The notes beneath the pieces are model-generated. The model saw only the letters and a list, made by a program, of their open reading frames with translations, searched no databases and had not been told where the DNA came from. A stretch of DNA of 47,764 bases, counting the filler, from Jimgerdemannia flammicorona (Eukaryota), in NCBI GenBank assembly GCA_003990765.1. It is 2 parts of 2 records of this genome, joined end to end, with 100 filler letters (N's around TTAATTAATTAA, not from the genome) between each part and the next. Parts side by side here need not be neighbours in the genome. Positions count along the whole stretch, not along the records: positions 1 to 23,832 come from RBNJ01001056.1; 1 more part is not named here. One strand, written 5' to 3'. Position numbers and translations under genes: made by a program. Below, in pieces: positions 12,680 to 22,650 of this stretch; the first letter of the stretch is position 1; every line of letters begins with the position of its first letter.

Positions 12680-13601
12680 TGAATAGTAAAGTACCCTTCA
12701 TCAGTGATCCAATCATCTTGCTGGGTTGTGACTTCTTCATCCCATTCTTCAAAGGGTAGGAGTGCCGGCCAGGAGGTGAGAGGGTAGAATTATGGCCAAT
12801 CATCTTCGATAACATTCTCCAACCCTTGGACTACTTGAAGGTGGACAGAGGATTGGTAGATTCTTTGTCCCTCCTCTTCTTCTTCCTCAGGTCCTTCAGT
12901 TTCCATATTGGTAGAGACTTCTGGGACTTCTTGATTTGGTTCCCAAATGATGAGGTGCAAATTGTAGCTGACAGGGTAGTGAGTAGTTGGGGTTGCTCCA
13001 ACAGGTATTGTAATGGTAATGGGTGGTCCTTCGAAGATTTCCATGAGACTCATTAGGTGACCTTAATGGTTGTCTTAAGTGGAGTAGTGTGAAAGCCTGG
13101 TTGAGTAGGCTCAGTTTGTTGGCTTCCTACGGCAACCCGGTTACTGCCAGTAGAGTCAGCTACTTCTGATTCTATCCAGTCTGCATCTTCAGTTGAGAGG
13201 TGGGCAAGACTTCCAGCAGTCACTCCTTGTAAGTGTGCTATAGCCCAGGGAATATGGCAGAAGATTTGGTGGACATGGAGGGCTCTCTTGATTAGCCGGC
13301 TGGTGGTTAACATTTCAGCAATGAGGTCTTCCTGGTCGCCTTCTTGGGTTTCATTATGAAGGCAGTGTCCAATTTCGTAATCATATCAGAGGGTCATTCA
13401 TTCAGTAGTATCTTTGAGCTGTTGGGTCATTATGTACTAGTAATTGATGAAGTGTCCAAGGTCCTCGGTGTAGAAGTTCAGATGTTCAGAGGTGTCTGGG
13501 TGCCAAATAGCCTTCTTGATAGCTTCAAGGATTAGAGTCTTTGGGCCAGGCAAGGGGGAAGAGCGGCAGGAGATCTGGTTGGGGTGGCGGATAGGAGACA
13601 T
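12680..13601 (-). pseudogene. Decayed ORF pair of unknown function inside the 2.3-kb insertion
   Basis: ATG 13601 to TAA 13053 (~182 codons) with only three internal stops (TAG, TGA, TGA), all one C>T from sense codons. A TAATG overlap leads into an acidic ORF (MSLMEIFEG..EEEEEG..EDDWP*..DDWITDEGYF). Confidence 0.5.
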
Positions 13602-14819
13602 TGTGTGGTGGGTACTTGTTCTTTGGTGCTGATTTCTGAGGCGGAGTATGGTTCTTTAAATAATGTAGTCTTTCTTTTGGCTCGGATTATCATTGCTCCT
13701 TTTGGGGTGATCACCTAATAGGTCAGGCTGTCTATTTGATTGTCATGCCATTATATCATCTGATCTTAGCAATCACTAGTACTCTGTTGTCAATTGCATA
13801 TGTCACAATATCTATCTATGATTACTGCTAAAAGAACAAAACATTAAGATTATAGTCTTATGGTCTACTCTAATCTCTCTCAGTTTTAGCTACCAAATGA
13901 GAGTAAGTTACAATAGACTTTATTATCTAATTATTCAAGATATCTTAAAAAAATAATGCTATCATTATCTTCATTAACTATCTCACCAAGATCATCAAAT
14001 TGGAGTCAACCAAAACTAATGCCACTATCTCTAATACTGCCAAAATATTCTTCAAGATAATCTTTCAAAATTATAGTTTTTCAAAGATCATAATTAGTGA
14101 TTGAGATTCAAAATTCATAAGTTATTTCTGATAGATATTATTTAAGACACTTAGAGCCCAATAACTTTGAAGTATAGTATATTACTCACAAACTAATAGA
14201 CAAACTAAGTGAGTGAACCAAACTCTTGAATATATGTTAAGAAACTATATTTTTTATAAACAAGATAGTTAGAAATAATATCTTATCTTTGCAGAGTTTA
14301 TCTATAATAATACAGTATAAGACTCAATAGGCTTTATATCTTTTAAGTTGCTATATAGTTAAGATATTCAAACCCATTAAGTCTACTTACTTAAGTTGGA
14401 AAAGAACTCTCCAAAGTTTCTACTATCTAAGATCTCATTGATGATATGACCACAATGATTCAAATTATTAAAGATAATCTACTCAAGGCTCAGACATTAT
14501 AAACCAAATATATATATTAATATTAAGAGACAGAGGATCAAATTCAAGATTGATAATCAAGTATTCTTGTCTACTATAAATCTCAATTTGATATCTTAAG
14601 TCAACTGCTCTTCTAAGAAACTTCAAGTAAGATATATTAGTCTTTATAAGATATTTAAACAAGTATCCTATGTAGTATATAAGTTAATACTATTATAGAC
14701 AATCTACATATATTCTATCTTTCATATCTCTCTGCTTAAGCTATATTATAATAATCTATACAAGTATCTAAACTAGACTTCTTAGCCATCAGCACTTCTT
14801 TTGATTAATAGTCATATTA

Positions 14820-14975
14820 AGTATAAAGTTGAGAAGATTTTTGACAAATATATATATTATAATTACACTGAGTATATTATCAAATATATAGGCTATCTTG
14901 AGTATGATAGTACTTGAGAACTTATTGGAAATCTCAAGAATACTCAATAAACTCTTTATAAATATAAACATTAAG
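14820..14975 (+). pseudogene. Integrase C-terminal chromodomain (decayed)
   Basis: YKVEKIFDK..TEYIIKYIGYLEYDST*ELIGNLKN matches the pattern YEVEKIL..EYLVKWxGY..xxxTWEPxxNL. Confidence 0.85.
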
Positions 14976-15004
14976 GATAATATTCTCTTTCAAATAGGAG
15001 AGAA

Positions 15005-15625
15005 TGTAATAATTCTCTATATTTTATTTTCTTTTTATTAGATTATCATCTTTTCTTTGTTATATTACTCAGTAGAACATTTTAGAATAGCTTAGAATAA
15101 TACAGAATTATTTAGTTATTTATCAAGAACTTATTTTCTAAATAGTTCTACTAAGATTTCATTGATTACTAATTGATGTTTAGTAATTCTCTATAATATT
15201 CTACTAAGTTCTACTAAGTATGACTTATTACTTAGTATCTAGCTTAGTAACTCTCTATAATATTTTACTAAGTTCTACTAAGTATGACTCATTGCTTGGT
15301 ATCTAGCTTAATAATATTCTATCTGATTCTTTTTCTTTATATTTCTCTTATATAAATATCCTCTCTGAATACTCTAATAAAGCTCAGTCTAGTTAGTTAT
15401 TATATATTTACTTAAATCTCCTAAAGGTAATTAAACTTCTAAGTTCTATTTCTTAAATCTAGTTATATATTTCTATTTGGACATTTGCTAATATATAGTC
15501 TAAGTCTCAGATTTTATCTAACTTAACCATATTGAAGCACTCTTATATTTCAATAAGTATAGTTGTTCTTTATAATATATATATTTATTATAGATAAGAC
15601 TATATATACATATTTAATTATTACA
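15005..15625 (+). repeat. 3' LTR of the chromovirus (right end approximate)
   Basis: TGTAAT directly after the PPT, with the inverted ATTACA at 15620-15625. Internal ~64-bp tandem duplication at ~15180-15310. TATAAATA ~15351 and AATAAA ~15376. Confidence 0.6.
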
Positions 15626-16186
15626 GAGCTTGATATCTTCTACTCTAATCTTTAAATAATATCAGATTAACATATTATAATATACTTTAAGTTCATTTTA
15701 TAACTAACTCTAAGAGTCAGAAGATAAAAATTTAAAATAAAAAAATCTAAAATATTTTTCAAGTTAAGTTTCTACTATATTATAATAGAAATAAAAATTA
15801 AATTAAATTTAAACTATTAAATTATTATAATATATATAATAACTCTATATTTAGTTTATTATATTATTATAATTATTATTAAAAAAAATTATTATTTATT
15901 TATAAAAAATAAATTTGCAAACTGATAATATATAGTTATTATTTTTATAAAAAAAAAAAAAAAGATAAATATACTTTTTAATAATTATTTTATATTTAGA
16001 GAAGATTTATATATTAAAAGTTATTTTTATTTATTTATTATAATATCTATAAACATCTGAATTACTATTGAAGAAATTAATATTATTATAAAATAATACT
16101 AGAATAAATAAGAAAAATAAGAAAAATATTATATATATAATTAAATATATATTATAATAAATATTAAAAGATATAATATATATCTT

Positions 16187-16264
16187 TTTATCTATAGGTA
16201 AGAATGTCTTTTAAAGTTTGCAAAAAATGATTTTCTGAAATATTGTTTTTCTATTTAAAATATA
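16187..16264 (+). repeat. ~78-bp dispersed repeat, second copy at 19995-20072
   Basis: TTTATCTATAggTAAGAATgTcTTTTAAAGTTTgcAAAAAATgATTTTCTgAAATA.. versus the same sequence with mostly G>A/C>T changes. Confidence 0.75.
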
Positions 16265-17092
16265 TTATATTAGATTAGATATTAAATAGAGCTTCAATTT
16301 GAATATTTCTTAGTATAATTTGATTTTAGAAGTGTATTTTAAACTCAGTCTATTAAATACTATATATTTTAAGGAGTCCTCAGCTCTGGGTTGATTACAC
16401 AAATGTTTTTATATCAATAATCTAGTTAAATCAAGTGTCGTTGGTCGCTAAGACCTAAATTCTGTTGACGGTCACTCTGTCGGGAAATACGGAATTCAGA
16501 TGAGAGATAGGTTGAGAATTCGGTTGAGATGTACTCAGGCGATTGGCGGAATACGTTGAGAGCTTGAAATGATATCGGAATCGGAACATGATTCGGGCAG
16601 AAGGACACTCGGTGAAGGAGGAGAAATGCGGATGAAGGATAGTGTGGGAATTCGGGACAGTGAGGGAATTCGGACGAGGGATATGTTAAAAGGGAAAGAT
16701 TCGGACGATAGGGGCGCTGGATCAGGATACGTTAAGCTGGACAAAATACGTTAATCTGGGACAGGAATTGTAATAAAGACTTCAAACTAACAAAAGAGAT
16801 GTGAAAACAAAGGATGCAGAAAACCAAAACAATAACAACCGGGTAAGAGAGTAGGTAAACAATAACACGTTGTCAACAGAATACCCTACATTCCGGTAGG
16901 GCAATCCAGCCTCCCTTGGTGCTTGTTCTAAAGTTACTAAACTAATCAAAGGCAGAAAGTAGCAAAGTGGTAAAGAAACGTTCATCCCCTTTTCAGGCTA
17001 CATTGAGAACTGTTTATCTACGACAAATTCTATCAATCTAAGAAAGATGGCTAAAGAATAGGGGAATATTTGAGAGGAATGCCTCGGTGACC

Positions 17093-17410
17093 TGGGCTAA
17101 TATGGATGTGGCAGATTCACATATGATGAGCGAATTGAGTAAACGGGGCTAAGATGTATGCGGCAATTTCGACATACATCAAGATTTTGGGCTAAGATGG
17201 AGGCGGCGGCATATATGTTTGGAGGCTAAGATGAATGCAGTGGCGGCATATACATTTTTGAAGGCTAAGAGAGATGCGGCAGATTCGCATGTGCTGAGAA
17301 GATTACGCTGAGGATTCGGGGCTAAGATGTATGTGGTGGTTTAACATGTCAGGAGTCTGAGCTAAGACGAATGCGGGGAACGGCGCTCAGATTCACATAT
17401 GCTGAGCGAT
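17093..17410 (+). repeat. Degenerate array of 7 GGCTAAGATG-xx-TGCGGC units with variable spacing
   Basis: Motif starts near 17095, 17147, 17190, 17224, 17263, 17320 and 17361, with periods of ~34-57 nt. Confidence 0.8.
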
Positions 17411-17663
17411 AGATGGTTGTGCAAAGACTCCAGATCATGAATTGGAAGGCTACGTGTCGTATATTTGTGGAATGTGGAAGGGGTGTCTATGTGTAAATTT
17501 GCGACCTGTCTCGCAGATAAAGGGAAAATATAATTTCAGGTGACTCAAGAGTATACTCTCCTTTAAACTCTTCTCAAACCGGGTTATCAAATATGACCGT
17601 TACCCTCCCTCCCTCTTTCACTTTCACCCTCTAGTCATTCCATTCCACCTCTGACACTATCTC

Positions 17664-17972
17664 ATGTCCTCTTGAAATACTTCATCTCCTCGATCGCAAT
17701 TATGACGCGTTCGCCGACGTCGATCCCGCAAGGGTGTCCCGTTCGCCAGCGTCGACTGCTTGTACGCGTTCCCTTGGCAACCTGCGACGCTCGCTCCACC
17801 GTCGACGCCCGCTCCACCGTCGACGCCCGCTCCACCGTCGACGCCTGCTCCACCGTCGACGCCCGCTCCACCGTCGACGCCCACTCCACCGTCGACGCCC
17901 ACTCCACCGTCGACGCCCGCTCCACCGTCGACGCCACCGTGTACACATACTTTTGCGGCAGCTTCACGCTAA
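17664..17972 (+). pseudogene. Possible decayed ORF: Arg/Ser-rich N-terminus plus (PAPPST)8
   Basis: The ATG after a CT-rich tract is in frame with the PAPPST repeat. The two interrupting stops are TGA in an Arg-rich context (CGA>TGA). Confidence 0.3.
17785..17940 (+). repeat. 18-bp GC-rich minisatellite (CGACGCCCGCTCCACCGT) x8 plus a partial unit
   Basis: Directly visible. It has no stops in any frame, which explains the six overlapping ORFs here. Confidence 0.97.
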
Positions 17973-19499
17973 TCGCCCGCGGGGGGTCGTTAGGATGCCG
18001 ACTGTTACTGTCATACCGTCTCAGGAGTTGTGAGGCTGTGACACCAAAAGTAGCAGCTGCCTAAGATCAGCGGCATTGCGGAAGGATATAATTACGGCCC
18101 ATGCTGTGTCACATATACTGCCAATGAATTTAGATCTTGATTGAGAAAATGTACAAATCCAATCGGGGATGGCGGCGTGGCGCAGGTACTCCAGGATTTT
18201 TGTGAGTTATTTACGCGCGCCACTTGCCACTATCCCTTACATGGTGCGCGCGACTCCAATCACCCAAGGGTCACGCCCATCGTTTCCTACCGCCTTATTA
18301 ACAAAAGTGAACAATTCGCAGTATCCAAACGGAACCGTGTCCCAACTCGCGGCTGCCGAAAAAAAACCCCGAACTGGAGGCAGACAGATCTAACCGTACA
18401 GGAAAGAGCTAAACTCGTATCCCAAGTTTGAGTTTTATGGTAAACTACCCCACTCCAACGGCTTACACCTTCGGTGTAACGTTTGGAACGGATCTGCCTT
18501 AGTACGGAAAATGCCCTCGAGATGGTGGTGGCGTACTCCTAACAAATTTTAGGGGGCAGGCTCTCAAACATTTGTCGCTAAGCTCACAGGATACCTAAAT
18601 AATAAAGAAGGAGCACTTCAAAGGTACGCCCTAAAGAATTTCATTATCCGCAAATGAGGCATGCGAAAATTGGGCTCATTACATCATAAATCCGGTTATA
18701 CATGAATTCTGTTTACATATTCTACGGGCAGAAATAGGCGGGATTAGGTGTTACAACGGCTATCTGGCACTGGTGTCCATGTCACTCTATCGTACTGGCT
18801 CACCTGTCCCAGCTAGCGTACAACCGTTGCAACCAACTCCGTCCGCCGCGCCGGTCAGGACCCTATTTTCCGGCCTCTCTCAGCAACAAGCCGTCCAAGC
18901 CGCCATCGCCGCTGGTCTTGCCCCACAGATGGCCTACACTTTGTCTCGCAGGACACTCTAAGCACATCACCTCCTTCAGCAAGCTAATCTAGTTAGAACG
19001 CTTCTGAGCCCATGGCAGAGGGCTCAGCTACAGAAAATGTATTCGGATCAAGTCGCAAAGGCCTTGGCCCCCGCCACCCAAATGCAACAGACTTCGGCGA
19101 ACGGAGCCGCGCCAACAAACGGTCTCGGTAACGGCTCCGATCCTGGCTGTGGATGGCATTGAACAGAATAAGGTACAGATTCAGCTAATGGCCGCAGAAC
19201 AAAGCGCCGCCCCACAGCAGTAGCAACTGAATGTTCGGCAACAACAGCAGCAGCAGCAGCAAGCGTCAACGGTTGCCATCAAGATTGAGCCCGTGGAGAT
19301 ATCGACTAAACCCACCGTGGGTCATGACAGGAAATACAGATCAAGCAGCAGCCTCCTCCTGTTATCCCTATCTCAGCCGTTGCGCCGGCTATGGCCAAAC
19401 TTCTTATTGTAAAAGGTGCAGCGCAAACCTACACACAACTGTCCCACACCATGAACCTTCACGCGCCTGTCCCCCACCACAAACCTACACACACCTGTC

Positions 19500-19610
19500 C
19501 TCATCTCATTTCATTGTCTTGTCTTATCTTGTCTTGTCTCTCTTATCTCTCTTGTCTCTCTTGTCTCTCTCATCTCTCTTATCTCTCTTATCTCTCTCAT
19601 CTCATAGTCA
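19500..19610. repeat. CT-rich simple repeat (TCTCTCTTR-like units)
   Basis: Directly visible low-complexity pyrimidine tract. Confidence 0.85.
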
Positions 19611-20411
19611 CTATAGATAGAGATAGCTCACCACTATCATCCTGCTCTAGCTCTTTTGTGATTATATAATATATAATTAACCTACAACTCCAATATATTC
19701 AATTTACAAGCTAAGAGGCAGTATCTCACATCAACTTTATTATTAATATCTCTAACTATTACTTCTAGTAGAGATCATATATTATACTCAACTTTTCTGA
19801 TTAATGTAAAATATATATAAAACATATATATAGAATAGATTTTATCTTTTAGTTTTATTTTAATTTATATTATCTATTTTATCTTTATTAATTAAAATAG
19901 GTTTATATCTTCTTATATAGAATTTTTTTAATATAATTATAAATATATATTTTAACTATAGTAAAGTAACTAAAGCTACTTAATATTTATTTTCTTTATC
20001 TATAAATAAGAATATTTTTTAAAGTTTATAAAAAATAATTTTCTAAAATACTATTTTTCTATTAAAAATATAACTCAATTTTCTCAAATAATATATATCT
20101 CTTATTTTATAATAATAATTTTTTCATTAATAATTTTTATAATTTTTTTTTTTACTTATAGTTAAAATTTTATAAAAAATAAACTTTGGTTTTTAACAAG
20201 TTGAGTTATATTTATAGTAAAATGTAATTTATTTATTTTTTTTTTTTTTTAAATAAAATTATCTACTTAGTTATAGAGTAAGATATATGTATATATATAT
20301 ATTATCAAAAATGGAACTTTTATAATAAAAATGATTAGTTATTTTTTTTATAAAGTTATTCTAATTTTAGAAGTTATAAACTTTTAAAGTTAAACTCTTA
20401 AATATAAATAT

Positions 20412-22467
20412 TATTAAAATTTCTATTATTTTAATATTTTGATAATATAGCTTATGTGTAACTATGTCATCTTTATACTATGTCACTTAATATTTAAATA
20501 TATACTATTTGGAATAATTAATAATACTCTTTTTCTCTCTACTCTATATACTCAATAAAGATTATAAGCTCTGATTAGTGACTAATAAGAAATATCTCTC
20601 TAAGACTATATTATATACTACTCTATACCAAGATATTATAAATAACAAATCAAGGAGCTAGTATAAGTGTTTCAAACACAGTAGATACAGATACTTCCAG
20701 AATAGATACAATAGTCACAGTTTCTATAATAAATATAAATATAGTCAAGAGATCAATTCTAATCTTCAATTGTAAGAATTATACTATTTGGATATTCTAT
20801 ATGAATAATCTTCTAAAAGAATATAGCTTGGTAAAGTATATAAAACTGCAAGTACAGATTCAAGATTATAATACTATAAATAATTACTGAGTATTATAAG
20901 AGATTACTTTTATATTATTGAACTAGTAAATAAAGCTTATAATATATATTATGATAGCTTACAATATATGAAAGACTTTATATAATCATTATATAAGTAT
21001 CTTCATCAAATTAATTCTATCTAAAATCTCAGTTATTTAATTTATAAATAAAATCTAAAGAGAGTATTGGTAAATATATCAATTATATTGATAATCTAAT
21101 GAATCAGATGAATTCCCTAAGTATATCAGTAAAGTATATTAGTAATAAAGAGTAGACTTGGCAGAGTTTAAGAAATCCTATATAAGAAATTCAAAATGAT
21201 AAATATGGGTAATATACATAAGAGATATCTATCATATATAACAGAAGTATATATATCATATACTTCTTGTAGTCAACTTACATCTAAGCTATTCTAGAAT
21301 AATTCAATATGAGTAAATATAAGTCAGTAAATATACTTATAAAAACTTTAGTAAAGTTAAAAAAAACTCAAAACTAATAATAACAAAGACTATACTAATA
21401 TTCCCTATTAGCAAGAAGTTAGACCCCTTATGTATCTTATATTAAAAACAAGATCTAGTATCTCATATATCATAAATAAGATAATATAGTACTCATTCTG
21501 CTATAATAATTTATATTAAAGTACTATTAAAAGAATTTTTAGATATATTAAAGAAACAATATGCTATATATTTACTCTCAGTGAATTGAGTAAGAGTGGT
21601 AAGAATAATAATATATAACTATCTAATATATGTAATACTAATTAGGCTGAAGATTTAGATTATTACTAATCTATAACTGGGTACTTATTTTAGTTAAACA
21701 ATAAAGGAGTTGTATCTTGACAAATATGTAAACAGAGCTTAGTACTAATATCATCTATATAAGTAGAGTATCAAGTATTATTCACAGTAATCAAAGAAGC
21801 CATTTGGCTATATTAGCTATTAAAGAAACTTGACATTAATTAGAAATTATACTTTATACTCATCTATCAGAATAATCAGTCTATAATTACTAAGACCAAG
21901 AACTCTATTTAATATAGCAAAACAAAGCACATTAATATACAATATTATTATATAAGAGAATAAATAGAAAATGAGACTATATACTTAGAATATAATATAA
22001 TTATAGATTTGCTTACCAAAGCTCTTTCAGAATCTAAGTTTAAGTAATGTACTAAAGAAATAAGTCTTATAGTAAACTATATATCAGCAATAAAACTATA
22101 TACCAGCAATTGATAATTATGGAATATTTTATAATAAAAAGAAAGTTAAAAAACAATGTAATATATATTTCTATATATCTCTCTCTCTTCTTTTTCTTCT
22201 TCTTCTATATTTGAGTTTTTCTAATATTAGAATCTATTGATATATATTCATTATTTTTACTATAATTTTTTAATTTTAAGCATAGATAGATAGTATTCTT
22301 TTAGTATATTTACAGTTATTTTATATTTAATACTTAGTTATATTATATTTCTACTTATATTACATTCTTGCATATTATCTCATTGAGTGGAAGTATTGAA
22401 ATTCCTATTATTTTAACATCTCAATAATGTAGCTTATATATAACTATGTCACCTTTATACTATATTT
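20412..22467 (+). mobile_element. Internally deleted, heavily decayed Ty1/copia element
   Basis: Matching LTR starts at 20412 and 22394 (TATTRAAAT.. from TGTTGAAAT). PPT-like GAGTGGAAG before the second. Copia RNase H at ~21700-22050: VVS*QICKQSLVLISSI*VEYQVL..IKEAIWL..QNNQS..SKTKHINIQYYYIRE..DLLTKAL. The 3' LTR is cut at ~22467. Confidence 0.85.
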
Positions 22468-22650
22468 AGTGCTCCGAACGAATGGAGTTGATCCGGATGA
22501 GATTCGATTCAGATTCGTCATGTGATGGATTCGAATCAACTCGGATTGGTCTCGTGATCTGATCCGGATTGATCCGGATTGATCCGGATTGATCCATCCG
22601 GATTGATCCATCTGGATTGACCCATCCGGATTGATCCGGATTGACCAGCT
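22467..22650 (+). repeat. GATCCGGATT tandem array with GATTCGA/GAATC motifs; probable end of a non-autonomous DNA transposon
   Basis: About 8 GATCCGGATT-type units with CpG intact. Begins abruptly (TAGTGCTCCGAACG) inside the copia LTR. The transposon-end interpretation is inference. Confidence 0.55.

Larger units (their letters stand above)
11509..13807 (-). mobile_element. 2.3-kb TG..CA insertion (solo-LTR-like or non-autonomous LTR derivative) with 4-bp TSD ATAT
   Basis: Ends TGTGGCA / TGTCACA form an imperfect inverted repeat and ATAT flanks both sides. Removing the insert restores the host integrase Zn-finger frame KEYISIYDYC*KNK. A minus-strand promoter/polyA block at 12300-12365 is nearly identical to LTR 1107-1173. 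Confidence 0.85.
9258..15625 (+). mobile_element. Chromovirus-type Ty3/gypsy (protease, RT, RNase H, integrase, chromodomain, PPT, 3' LTR); gag missing; interrupted at 11509-13807
   Basis: Protease DILIDNSISDNFIS ~9375. RT (ILFVKKK.., KLNL..GYHQV, IYLDNILIFS) ~9850-10600. RNase H ~10830-11200 (ADILSR). Integrase ~11300-14400. Decayed GPY/F ~14630. Chromodomain ~14820-14975. Purine tract 14994-15004, then TGTAAT. Confidence 0.9.

Noticed and set aside
15630..16180. AT-rich tract as a centromere or origin
   Set aside because: It is better explained as end-stage C>T/G>A decay of repeats, like 19650-20410. No specific evidence supports a function.
17093..17410. CRISPR array
   Set aside because: The repeats are short and degenerate, the spacers resemble one another, there are no cas genes and the context is eukaryotic.
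17657..18064. Six overlapping ORFs (poly-Arg, VDGGAG, STVERA and others)
   Set aside because: They are by-products of a stop-free 18-bp minisatellite; at most one frame could be real.
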